From: Octopus vulgaris
Taxonomy: Eukaryota
Reading direction: 5' to 3'
Assembly: GCA_951406725.2 (NCBI GenBank)
Contig: OX597833.1
Coordinates: forward strand, 7,130,001-7,194,000
DNA length: 64,000 nt
Below the pieces are notes generated by a model. That model was not told the DNA's origin and did not search any database. It saw only the letters and a list, made by a program, of their open reading frames with translations. The position numbers and the translations under genes are program-made. Below are positions 1-11,222 of this stretch, in pieces (within the stretch, counting starts at the first letter, position 1; every line of letters begins with the position of its first letter).

Positions 1-32
<32 letters not shown>

Positions 33-35
<3 letters not shown>

Positions 36-226
36 TAGTTTTATTTTTATAGCGTGCTTTCACTTCACTACCGAGCGCAGCTCTGTGTGCCTTGGGTATG
101 TGCTGTGATTTGTTGTGATGCTCTGATGGTTATTGTATGGAAAGTGTTCTGCGTAGGATGTGTGCAGTGCCTAGTAGTGCAATTTTCTGTATGTTATATG
201 TGTTGTAAGTCCTGGTGTTTTTGTTA

Positions 227-228
<2 letters not shown>
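33..228 (-). mobile_element. 3' end fragment of an R4/Dong-like (restriction-like endonuclease) non-LTR retrotransposon inside a (TTA)n tract
   Basis: Minus strand reads ...YNIQKIALLGTAHILRRTLSIQ*, resembling the C-terminus of R4/Dong-type ORFs. It is flanked on both sides by (TTA)n (1-32, 229-278), the known Dong target repeat. Confidence 0.6.
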
Positions 229-278
<50 letters not shown>

Positions 279-1238
279 GCTTGACAGCCCTTCACGTCCG
301 TATTTTATTGTTGAAGTAACCATGAGCCGGGAGGAGAGGGTCATTCTTTCCCGGGTTCGTTAAAGGACCTGAGCCCATTTAATTTGGAAAAAAATATAAT
401 AATTTTTTAAAATTTAATAAAATTTTCTAACAGAGTGTGCAACAAAGAAAAACGAAAAGTAAAAGAAAAATAAAGATAAGGAGAAAGAAGGAGTAGGAGG
501 AGCCCTTCCTTTGTTTCGTTATTACAAACATAGGGTTTGTCGCTTTAATTCAAATTCTGGGAAGGGCGAAGGGTGAAAACAGCGGCAAAATAAACAGCGC
601 CACCATCGTCGCAACAGCAACAACAACAGCAGCAACAACAATGCGTCCAGCTGCAAGTGTAACATCTTCACTACGCCGCAATCACCATTAGTAACATCTT
701 CAGATGCATGCTAATGTAACGGTTTAAACGACTGCCAGACTCATCCCCTAGTAGCGCCCCCATCATCACATCCCACCCCGCCCTTCATCAAAAGCAGGTT
801 TTTGCTACATCAGTGTGCACGACCGTGACCATCACCATCAACAAGGCAACGTCAGTCGCCAAACTCTCACGCAGGGGCGGGTGGAGCATTCGTTTTCAAA
901 TAATGATCCTTTCAGCTAAAAGCACAAAAGTTACATATTACGACCTGACTTGTTCGCTCTCTGTTAACAGAAGAAGAAAAAAAAATAAAGAATAAAGAAT
1001 AAAGAATTATCATTTCCATGTGCATGAACAGAGAAAACAAGAGGGAAAAAGTGGCGGGTTACCCTGGGCCCTCAACTCCTGGTGGTGTTGCAAAGAGTAA
1101 TGTCATGACATATGGAGTGTCCCGGGCATTTTAAAACTTGGCGGAGCCCGTTTCTTTCCAAATGTAACCACAATCGACTTCTTCAAGAAACTTCTAGTTT
1201 GGGCCAGATCTTCCGGTAAAGACAGGCAGAAAAAAATG

Positions 1239-1886
1239 AGAGAGAGAGAGAGAGAAATTGACCACAGCACAGGACTGCGCGAAGAGCTCAGTATTCTGTG
1301 AATACCGATGCGTAGATGTTGAGAGAAGCTGCAAAATCTGCCGAGACAACTGGACATTGAGCAGATGCTGCCGATGATTGCCAGTCACGTTTTCCTCACA
1401 ACTCATTTCTTTGGCAGAGCTTGTAATCCTGGCTTAAACAAAGACCAATATTGAGAACTCGGCATCGGAGCCACCTAATATGTATGGTATTGTATCAATG
1501 TTATACATCGTTGTCTCACTGTGATATAATAGACTGTAAGACGGAGGGAAGAGGGGTACCATACATGTGTAAGTATATATATATATATATATATATACTT
1601 ACAGTCTTACAGTCTATTATATCACAGTGAGACAACGATGTATAACATTGATACAATACCATACATATTAGGTGGTTCCGATGCCGAGTTCTCAATATTG
1701 GTCTTTGTTTAAGCCAGGATTACAAGCTCTGCCAAAGAAATGAGTTGTGAGGAAAACGTGACTGGCAATCATCGGCAGCATCTGCTCAATGTCCAGTTGT
1801 CTCGGCAGATTTTGCAGCTTCTCTCAACATCTACGCATCGGTATTCACAGAATACTGAGCTCTTCGCGCAGGCCCGTGCCGTGGTC

Positions 1887-1917
<31 letters not shown>
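1239..1917. repeat. ~300-bp inverted repeat centred on (TA)n
   Basis: 1239-1542 is the reverse complement of 1604-1917 with few substitutions. The same peptide (MSCEENVTGNHRQ...) appears on both strands in the ORF track. Confidence 0.9.
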
Positions 1918-1969
<52 letters not shown>

Positions 1970-2054
1970 TTCGAGACAAAACCACTATTTTGCAAAACAA
2001 ACAAGGAAAGACTTAATCAATACATAAAAAATTTTAATATAAAGAAATAAACCG

Positions 2055-2098
2055 CCACTACAATTGTTTCATGCCTTCAAATGACATTCGTCAGCTGG
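2055..2098 (-). ncRNA. Minimal type-I hammerhead ribozyme motif (inverted copy)
   Basis: Minus strand: ccag CUGACGA augUC-auuugaa-ggcau GAAA caauug UA gugg. Stem III is the palindrome CAAUUG; stem I has one mismatch next to the core. Confidence 0.75.
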
Positions 2099-2170
2099 AT
2101 TTTCGATCTCCTAATCTGTTTTAATTTAATTTAGACTTCATAAATTAAAACAGATTAGGAGATCGAAAAT

Positions 2171-2213
2171 CCACCTGACGAATGTCATTGAAGACATGAA
2201 ACGATTGTAGTGG
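2171..2213 (+). ncRNA. Minimal type-I hammerhead ribozyme motif
   Basis: ccac CUGACGA augUC-auugaa-gacau GAAA cgauug UA gugg. Stem I is ccac/gugg, stem II is 5 bp, and the GUA cleavage triplet ends at 2209. Confidence 0.85.
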
Positions 2214-2393
2214 CGGTTTATTTCTTTATATTAAAAATTTTTATGTATTGATTAAGTCTTTCCTTGTTTGTTTTGCAAAATAGTGGTTTTGTCTCGAATT
2301 AATATTATATAATATTTTACTATAAAATTGGATTTAATCCTAAATCTGATTTTTTCCCTGTAAATTTGGATTTATTCCCTAATATATTATTAT

Positions 2394-2437
<44 letters not shown>

Positions 2438-2531
2438 GGAAGGTTTACGAAAATAAGCAAAAGACGAAGGCAGGCGGAGTACAAACAAACAAATGTATTA
2501 GTATGGCGCTCAGGAATAGAAATAGAACAAG

Positions 2532-2566
2532 TCTTTTACGTTTCGAGCCTACGCTCTTCGACAGAA
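2532..2566 (-). ncRNA. Hammerhead-like motif with variant core CUGUCGA
   Basis: Minus strand: uu CUGUCGA a gagc-guag-gcuc GAAA cg UA aaaga. Same element family as 32186-32223. Confidence 0.6.
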
Positions 2567-2711
2567 TGCGTGTAGGAGCTAACGATCTATCATGTCGTCC
2601 TGACTTCGGACAGTGGTCAGACGCGAGAGGGACAGTAGTGGAGATAACAGGGTCAAGTGACTTCCAATACGAAGGTGCCCCCAACACACACACACACACA
2701 TATATATAATA

Positions 2712-3188
2712 ATAAATTAATAAATAAATAAAACATATGCATATATACATACATATATGTACGTACCTACATCTACATGTATATATACATGCATATATGG
2801 GTACAGGGCATAAAAAAACTGTTGAACACAATGAGAAACGAAAACATAAACACAAAACCAAGGAAATGGACATTTTTCTTAAACAACGAAAAAATAGAGT
2901 ACAGGACATACAAAACAAAGAAAATTCCCCTTCTTCAGTCGCCTTAGTTTCATCTACTCCACGTTTCGAAGGTAGAGTGTTATTTGTGTTATTTGTCCTG
3001 TACTCTATTTTTTTCGTTGTTTAAGAAAAATGCCCATTTCCTTGGTTTTGTGTTTATGTTTTCGTTTCTCATTGTGTTCGACGTTTTTTGGTGTCCTGTA
3101 CCCATATATGCATGTATATATACATGTAGAGGTAGGTACGTACATATATGTATGTATATATGCATATGTTTTATTTATTTATTAATTT
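2712..3188. repeat. ~200-bp inverted repeat element between (CA)/(TA) tracts
   Basis: Arms 2712-2915 and 2985-3188 are reverse complements. A related copy lies at ~19370-19620. Confidence 0.85.
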
Positions 3189-4169
3189 ATATATATATAT
3201 ATATATATATATACGTGTATGAATGTGTGAAGGCACATGGCTTAGAGTTTAGAGCAACAGACTCGCAGTCGAGGGATCGCGGGTTCAAATCTCAGACCGG
3301 GCGATGTGTGTGTTTATGAGCGAAACACCTAAGCCCCACACGGCTTCAGCAGAAGGTAATGGCCAACTTCTCTCACTCTTTCCTCCTGCATCTTGCAGCT
3401 CACCTGAGATGGACCGGCGTCCCGCCCAGGTGAGGAACCTATACGCCAATAAAACCGGGTTCGGCAAAAGAGACTGATAGAATAAGTACTAGGCTTAGAA
3501 AGGATAAGTCCTGGGGTCGATTTGCTCGACTAAAGGTGATGCTCCAGCATGGCCGCAGTCAAATGACTGAAACAAGTAAAAGAATAAAAGAATATAAAAA
3601 CACAGATACGTAAATACATATACCATCATCGCCGCCGCCACCTCCAGCTCTGATTACCTGCCATCACAATCACTATCACCATCCCATCCCCCTAACCACC
3701 ACCACCATCTCCACACCTCCCTATGTTCCTACCAGTTCTCAATTCTGAGACCAATTCTCCACTCTAAATAGCTTCAACACACACACACACACACACGCAA
3801 ACGTTGCAGAATTTCTCTAAAGGCTATGCACGATGGTTCATACAAGAGCGTCTACCTTCAGTTTTGCTGGTGTATGTAATTTATACACACATATGTGTGT
3901 GCTTATATACACATGTATGTAGACAAATAAACAGAAACGCAGAAACAGGCGCGCGCGCACACACACACACACAAACAGATAGAGACAAACAGACAGACAT
4001 ATACCCGTGCGATATTATGTTGCTCCTGTCTGAACTTAAACCCGTTAAATCATTGTTGAAGGTTGTGTCTTTTTTTTTTAAGTCACAACCTTAACATAAG
4101 GGTACAGCTACCCAACCAACATGAAACAGCATAGCAGGGAAACCTAATACATAAACACAAAGGTATATG

Positions 4170-6330
4170 GTACAAAATTAATCTTCTCTGCAATTAATCT
4201 TGAAATTCTAACCGAGGCTTCCGCGCTTCTGGACTGGCGATCCCTGATGACGTTGTCCTCAGTTGACGAACTATGGTCGTCCCTCAAAGCATATGCAATC
4301 TGGTTGACTGACCAAGCAGTTCCCGTTGGGCTTCCCAAGAAGAAGAAACACAAGCCCTTGGTGACGAAGAAGGTTAAACGAGAACTTCGACTCAGAGATA
4401 TTGCTTGGGCTGAATTAAAAAATCTGGATTCAACTGCAGCTTTTGAGGTGTACAAAACTCAACGAGACCGAGCCGTGAAAATTGAAAAGGAAGAACGCTT
4501 CAGATATGAATACAGAATCGCGGCAAACGCCAGTCGCAATCCAAAAACCTTCTTTGCCCATGTCCAACGGAATTCCCGCTTGAACAAACAAATTGCAACG
4601 TTGGTAGACTCAGCAGGCGTATCGATTGAGGACCCTTATCAACAGAGTCAGTTATTTGCCGAGGCTTTTTCAACTATTTTCAAACAAGATGATGGTCGTG
4701 AACCCCCTCCATTTGATAGATCGGTACCTCCAATGCTTAGATTGGTCATCACGCGGGACGAAGTCGAACGCGTTATTCAAGGCCTCGATGTCAACAAGGG
4801 TCACGGCCCTGACGGCATACACCCACGGGTTATCAAAGCGTTGGCTCCGGTCATCTGCGAGCCTTTAACACGTCTATTCAATATGTCATTGGCGACGGGT
4901 GTTATACCTGCGGACTGGAGAACAGTGATAATCTGCCCAATTTTCAAGAAAGGGAGCCGCGAAGACCCGCTTAACTACCAACCGGTTTCCCTGACTTCAA
5001 TAATCAGCAAGATGTTCGAAACCATCCTTAAGAAAAGTATGATGCTCCACCTCCAAAACACAGCCTCTATCTCTGATTCCCAACATGGCTTCGTGCCGAA
5101 GAGATCATGCTTGATCAACTTACTGGTAATGGAAGAATTGGTGACGCGCATCCTCGATGATGGTGATGCTGTTGACATCGTTTTATTGGACTTTGCCAAA
5201 GCTTTTGACTCGGTAAACCACCGCCTATTACTTGTCAAGCTTCAAGCATATAGCTTCCACCCGGATATTGTACGATGGGTTGGTGCCTTCCTCTCAGATC
5301 GCTCCTTCCAAGTCCAAGTTAATGGTTCGCAGTCCGACGTCTCCAGTGCGACCAGTGGCGTGCCTCAAGGTTCAGTGCTTGGGCCCTTATTGTTCTTAGT
5401 CTTCATAAATGACTTGCCCGACGACCTCGCGCAACACACCCTTCTATTTGCCGATGATGTCAAACTGGTCGCTCCTCGCGGTGATATAGAGGATTTTCGT
5501 CGATGCCTCCACCAAGTTTGGAGATGGTCTAACGAATGGGACCTGTGTCTGAACGTGTCAAAGTGCTGTCATCTGCCTGTTGGCTCTTCTCCTGCAACTC
5601 AACTTGATTTCGAGCCGGGTCGTCTGCTGCTGGAGAGGACCGACCAGGTAAAGGACCTGGGTATCTTATTGGATTCCTCCTTTTCGCCTTCGGCCCAGTG
5701 CGTCCATGCTGCCAACAAAGCACGCGGAGTTCTGTTTTTGATTCGACGGTCATTCGGAATGCTCACAGCAGCCATATTCCTACCGCTCTATGTCACGCTG
5801 GTGAGACCCATATTGGAGTACGGGATTCAAGCCTCTTCTCCTTATCTCCTCAAAGACATACAGCATCTCGAAAGAGTCCAGAAGCTGGCTACCCGCATGG
5901 TTCTTGGTCTCAAGCATTTGTCTTATGAAGAAAGGCTAAAGACGCTCGACCTTTATTCTCTCGAAAAACCATGACGCCGTGGTGATCTCATTCTTGCTCA
6001 CAACATCATAAGCGGAAAGTGTAACCTCTCGAAAGAGCTGTTCTTCACTCCTGCTCCAGAGCGTCGGCTGCAGGGTCACTTCGAAAAGCTCTATCTGCGA
6101 CGATTTCATCTCAATCGAAGGAGAGGGGCTTTCTCCGTCCGGGTTGCGGATCCGTGGAATAAGCTGCCGGACGAGATGGTGAAGATGCCGACGACCGCTC
6201 GGTTCAAAGTCTCTCTTGACCACATGTGGCCTGAAATCTTTACATGAACACCACCCTGTACATAACTCCATGTCCCCCTACATGGCCTTGCTTTTTGCTT
6301 TTTGAGCCAAAAAATTAACTAACTAACTAA
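4170..6330 (+). mobile_element. 5'-truncated CR1-clade LINE (ORF2 reverse transcriptase) with one premature stop
   Basis: ORF 4247-5974 has RT motifs GPDGI, QHGF, LDFAKAFDSV, GVPQGSVLGPLLF and FADD. After TGA 5972-5974 the frame continues RRGDLI...FSVRVADPWNKLP... to a stop at 6247. A (TAAC)n tail lies at ~6315-6330. Confidence 0.92.
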
Positions 6331-6537
6331 AAATATACTGATGATAATACGAATAAATGGGGACTTTTTAGGGGTCTTCAATAAATGTGAATATCTACAT
6401 TTGCTAAAATAAGGGTTGTATTTTCTGATTCAAGATGGACCCAGGATGGAATAAAATTTCCAGTCTTTTGCTGGTTTATAGATCACAGCATAAGGAAAAT
6501 CAGTGGTAATATATATGTGTGTACAGGTGAGTGTGTG

Positions 6538-6963
6538 TCATCATCATTGTTTAACGTCTGCTTTCCATGCTAGCATGGGTTGGACGAATGATTGAGGGCT
6601 GGCGAACCAGATGGCTACACCAGGCTTCAATCTTCATCTGGCAGAGTTTCTACAGCTGGATGCCCTTCCTACTGCCAACCACTCTGAGGGTGTAGTGGGT
6701 GCTTCTTACGTGCCACCGGCACGGGGGCCTGTCAGGCGGTACTGGCAACGACCTCGCTCGAATCTTTTACACATGCCACCGACACAGGTGCCAGTAAGGT
6801 AATGCTGGTAACGATCACGCTCGAATGGTGTCTTTTACATGCCACTGTCATGGAGGCCAGATAGCCGCTCTGGCAACGATCACGCTCGGATGGTGCTCTT
6901 AATACCCAACTAGCACGGGGCTCGAGTGCCAGTAAGGTGACGATGGTAACGATCACGCTCGAA
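6538..6963 (-). mobile_element. SINE family B ((GAT)n tail, internal ~60-bp subrepeats)
   Basis: Recurring block tttaacgtc.gctttccatgctagcatgggttggacg...ctacagctggatgcccttcct. Other copies: ~14125-14413(+), 17659-18066(-), 18733-19088(+), 21782-22100(-), 27168-27480(-), 27520-27708(+), 36312-36630(+), 60897-61140(+), 61232-61550(+). Confidence 0.8.
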
Positions 6964-7903
6964 TATGGATACATATACAGAAATTGCAGGTTGGTGTCTG
7001 GTGAGCTGACTGACCACTGGGAGTGAGGCGCCCCTCAGCTTTTGTCACAGCATGTCTCTAGGAGAAAGTCACTCTGATATAAAACCAGATATGCAGGGAA
7101 TTTCATTAACTAGTTTGGGGAGCTTTTGCTCATGCTTGAGACCATGGTACTCTCACCTTCCTAAGCCTGTGACCCATATTGGCACAGGATATCCTGCCCC
7201 GGCTTATCTCTGGGCATTGTAAGTAGGGGGGAAGTGGTTTGTTACATGCTGTGCAAGCCATATTGGACCTAAAATTTGAGGTTGTGGAATCGCCAGCAAG
7301 GCAATTAGCCAATGTCTGGTGTAGGAGGCCACTGCAGTGAGCATGGAAGCCACAGACATGGAGCTGAGTGAAACTGACTGGTGGGGCATTAACCTCATGT
7401 ATGAGCACTTTGCATGGGCAAAGGGTAGGGATGTTCTTCTTTGATCATGAGTAGACAGTAATCATCCTTGTGTGTGTGTGTGTCCCACAACCACTTGGCA
7501 ACGAATTTTGGTTTGTTTACGTCCACATAATTTAGCAGTTCAGCAAAAGAGACTGACAGAATAAGTACCAGGTATTAAAAAAAATTAAGTGCTCAACCTT
7601 TCAAGACAGTGCCCCAGCATGGCCACAGTCCAATGACTGAAACAAATGGAAGAAAAAAAACCTACAAAATAATAATACAAAGAAGCCAGATAACTTAGAT
7701 GCTTTTGGAATTGGAAAGTCAAAGAAAGGGGAACAAAGAATACAAGGAATAAATAGTTTCTAGATGAAGGCAAGAAGGAAAAAAGGATACTCAAGGAAGC
7801 CTTCAGGTCCTTTTCTGTTTCAGTAGGGGAAGAAAAAGAAAAAAAAAACTTTAAAGTTGTAGTCGTTTGAAATTGAAATATTTTGGAAAAACTCTTCTTT
7901 TCA

Positions 7904-8295
7904 TCTCTTTACTCTCTTTTACTTGTTTCAGTCATTTGACTGCGGCCATGCTGGAGCACTGCCTTTAGTCGAGCAAATCGACCCCGGGACTTATTCTTTG
8001 TAAGCCCAGTACTTATTCTATCGGTCTCTTTTGCCGAACCGCTAAGTAACGGGGACATAAACACACCAGCATTGGTTGTCAAGCAATGCTAAGGGGACAA
8101 ACACACACACGCATATATATATGTATACATATATACGACGGGCTTCTTTCCGTTTCCGTCAACCAAATCCACTCACAAGGCTTTGGTCGGCCCGAGGCTA
8201 TAGTAGAAGACACTTGCCCAAGGTGCCACACAGTAGGACTGAACCCGGAACCATGTGGTTGGTAAACAAGCTACTTACCACACAGCCACTACTGC
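7904..8295 (-). mobile_element. tRNA-derived SINE family A (octopus-type)
   Basis: Head with A/B-box-like gtggctgtgtggtaag...ggttcagtcc, an internal microsatellite, and tail gaaacaagtaaaagag. More than 15 copies in the window, e.g. 9813-9985(-), 11045-11407(-), 14652-15008(-), 29018-29320(+), 46484-46890(+), 47508-47795(+), 60620-60885(+). Confidence 0.85.
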
Positions 8296-8407
8296 TGTTT
8301 GTTTTTTTTTTCTTAAGTCAAAACAATCATTCCTCTAAATCTGGAAACAGCAATAAGTTGGTTCCCTGTCTGTACAAGAGATTGGGAAAATGGTAGGAGA
8401 GAGAGAA

Positions 8408-8484
<77 letters not shown>

Positions 8485-9008
8485 CAACATCAACAATGAG
8501 CATGAGGTGCGATTTTTATAGTTTTTTATTTATTAAATAAATGAAAGACAATAGTTGATAATAACGATGATGATGATGATGTTGATATACGTTTTCCGAA
8601 TGTAAAAAAAAAACAGTGAAAAAAAGTGTATTAAATGTTTACAAAAGTGCATAGATAAAACATCTACATGTGCATAGATGAGAGAGATAGTCCGGTTATA
8701 TATATAATTTGCATGAAGCATTGTCTGATATATATATAAATGTTCTTAATTTCTTTTTTATAAAGCCAAAATAATACAAGTTACAAGAAATAATATCAGT
8801 CTTTTAAATGCACTTTTATCTTGTATCTCAATATTTCAGAATTAGGACCCCCTCTTTGGAGAAGTCAGCTCCAACACCATTTCTCCAAAGATTTCTTGAA
8901 GAAGGGGTCTTAACCTCAAAATATTGAAATACAAAATAAAAGTACAAAACATCAAATTGTATTATTTCTTATAACTTATGTTGTTTTAGTTTTATGAAAA
9001 ATGATTAA

Positions 9009-9045
<37 letters not shown>

Positions 9046-9143
9046 AGTAGGCACATAAATGCAAAAGTAGGTGGAAAAAAAAAGTACTCGAATACCAAAG
9101 GTAGAGTAATATCCTTTTATTAAAGCTGCAAAATTTTCACAAA

Positions 9144-9180
9144 GCTGTTACTCGGAGTTTCACGTTCCCATTTCATCAGA
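9144..9180 (-). ncRNA. Hammerhead motif with stem I disrupted
   Basis: Minus strand: CUGAUGA a aug-ggaa-cgu GAAA cuc-c-gag UA acagc, followed by AAUAAA (9116-9121). Confidence 0.65.
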
Positions 9181-9224
9181 ATACTAAATTACAATCGTGA
9201 TTTTAATTCAGTATCCATCACAAT

Positions 9225-9260
9225 TGCCTGACGAATGGGAACACGAAACTCTGAGTTGCA
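9225..9260 (+). ncRNA. Hammerhead motif (inverted partner of 9144-9180)
   Basis: ugc CUGACGA aug-ggaa-cac GAAA cuc-u-gag UU gca. Confidence 0.65.
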
Positions 9261-9287
9261 TGAAAATTTTGCAGCTCTATTGAAAGT

Positions 9288-9329
<42 letters not shown>

Positions 9330-9675
9330 TCACACACATAAACAAACACACCATACAACCAGTGCACATGTCCCCACCATATTACACGCTTCTGGTAGGC
9401 ACACCATGCCAACGCCACTCCAAAACTTAAAACTCAACTGCCTTCCAGTTAGCTACACATGACCTAACATGTAGCATTAACATGGGGGAAGAATCAAAAT
9501 TATAATCATCATTATCATTATCATTATTATTATTATATCACAAAATTCCTAGAAAGCCAAGCTGAAAGTCGACATGGAGGACATAGAGGAGCAGAGGGTT
9601 GGGTTGTATTACTCCTGCCAAGTGGAAATGTAAATTCCGATATTCTGGAGACGTGGAGGTATTTTGGATGTGTGT

Positions 9676-9750
9676 TTAGATTCCAAGTCGTTCATGATTG
9701 TCCCATAACCATTTATGGTAGTCGTTGAGTTTATGGTCAGTAGGTATCAC
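9676..9750 (-). CDS. MBD4: MBD4-like exon 7 (last coding exon)
   Basis: VIPTDHKLNDYHKWLWDNHERLGI*, matching the MBD4 C-terminus including the catalytic Asp motif (P.DHKL). AG acceptor at 9751-9752. Confidence 0.93.
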   Translation of the reverse strand: MIPTDHKLNDYHKWLWDNHERLGI

Positions 9751-10432
9751 CTGTGGAGAGAGAGAGAGAGAAAAAAACAAAGTGGTTATTATGTTTTTAT
9801 ATATATATATATACACATATATGATGGGCTTCTTTCAGTTTCCGTCTACCAAATCCACTCACAAGGCTTTGGTTGGCCCGAGGCTATAGTAGAAGACACT
9901 TACCCAAGGTGCCACACAGTGGGAATGAACCTGGAACCATGTGGTTGGTAAGCAAGCTACTTACCACACAGCCACTCCTACGCCTATATATGTGTGTGAA
10001 TATCTATCTATTTATATATGTTATATGTATGTATGTATGTATGTATGCGTGTATATATATATACATGCTGTTGTTAATGTCCTTTATTTGCATTTGTATT
10101 TGTATACCATTTCTCCGTTTTCTTCCGTCCTTGTTTCTTAAAAAGCAATTAAGGGTTAGCAACAGGAGGAACATTTGGCTGTAAAATGATGCTTCTAAAT
10201 ACCTTGCCCAGGCCTTAACCAACATGTGCACCAGTATGGCCAACATCAAGCACATATAACACTGTTATACCTAGATACACACATCACATACACACACACA
10301 CAGACATCATTTACCTGCTTCCACACTCTTATCAGTCAGGTGTCCGAAGCAGAGATACAACCCGCACTAATAACATCTGGATGCATTCTAACATACTACA
10401 CACACACACACACACACACGCTCAATATTTAC

Positions 10433-10536
10433 CTGTTTCCATTCATTGATACAAAATATTCTGTAAGAATCATTGCCATATTTTCCAATACCATATAATT
10501 CATCAGGATATTTCCAGTTCTTCAGACGATATTCCT
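10433..10536 (-). CDS. MBD4: MBD4-like exon 6 (helix-hairpin-helix motif)
   Basis: [39 protein letters not shown] boundaries and phases are compatible with the neighbouring exons. Confidence 0.95.
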
Positions 10537-11174
10537 CTGTAAACAAAAAGCATATACACACACATAAATATTTTTATTAATATACATACATTTACATACA
10601 CTCACGACAGTGGTGTCACTTAATTAAAAAATACTGATAATTAAACATTCATTATTTGTTTATTTAATCAGTTAATCACTAAGAAATCAAATTGAATATG
10701 TGTGTGTGTGTGTGTGTGTGGTGAGGGGTGAAGGTACATGGCCTAGTGGATGGGGTGTTGCACTCACAATCTAAAGATCCTGGGTTTGACTCCTGGACAA
10801 GTGACAAGTTGTGCTCTTGAGCAAAACCCTTCACTTCATATTGCCTCAGTCCACCTAGCTGTAAATGGGTCACCCCATGATGGACTAACTTACTGATTGA
10901 GTGGAATGTTGGCCTGCTCACCTAACCAGTAGAGTGGTAACATTCAAAAGCTAAAATGATGAAAGCGCATTGTGACCAGCAATGCATCATAACATTCAAT
11001 AGTCTGGTCGATCACAATACAAACACACACAAACACACATGTATTTCTTTTATTTGTTTCATACAATTGACTGTGGCCATGCATTTAGTCGAACAAATCA
11101 ACCCCACGATTTATTCTTTGCAAGCCTATCGGCCTTTGTTACGAAACCACTAAATTATGGGGATAAACACATAC

Positions 11175-11222
<48 letters not shown>

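Noticed and set aside
745-762. CTCF-like motif cccctagtagcgccccc
   Set aside because: Spacing is one base short of the consensus and the core G-run is missing.
1700-1755. cagga-UUACAAGC-ucug resembles the P4/L4 of a twister ribozyme
   Set aside because: The required UAA-P2-GC segment and the pseudoknot partner for UAC could not be placed in any permutation.
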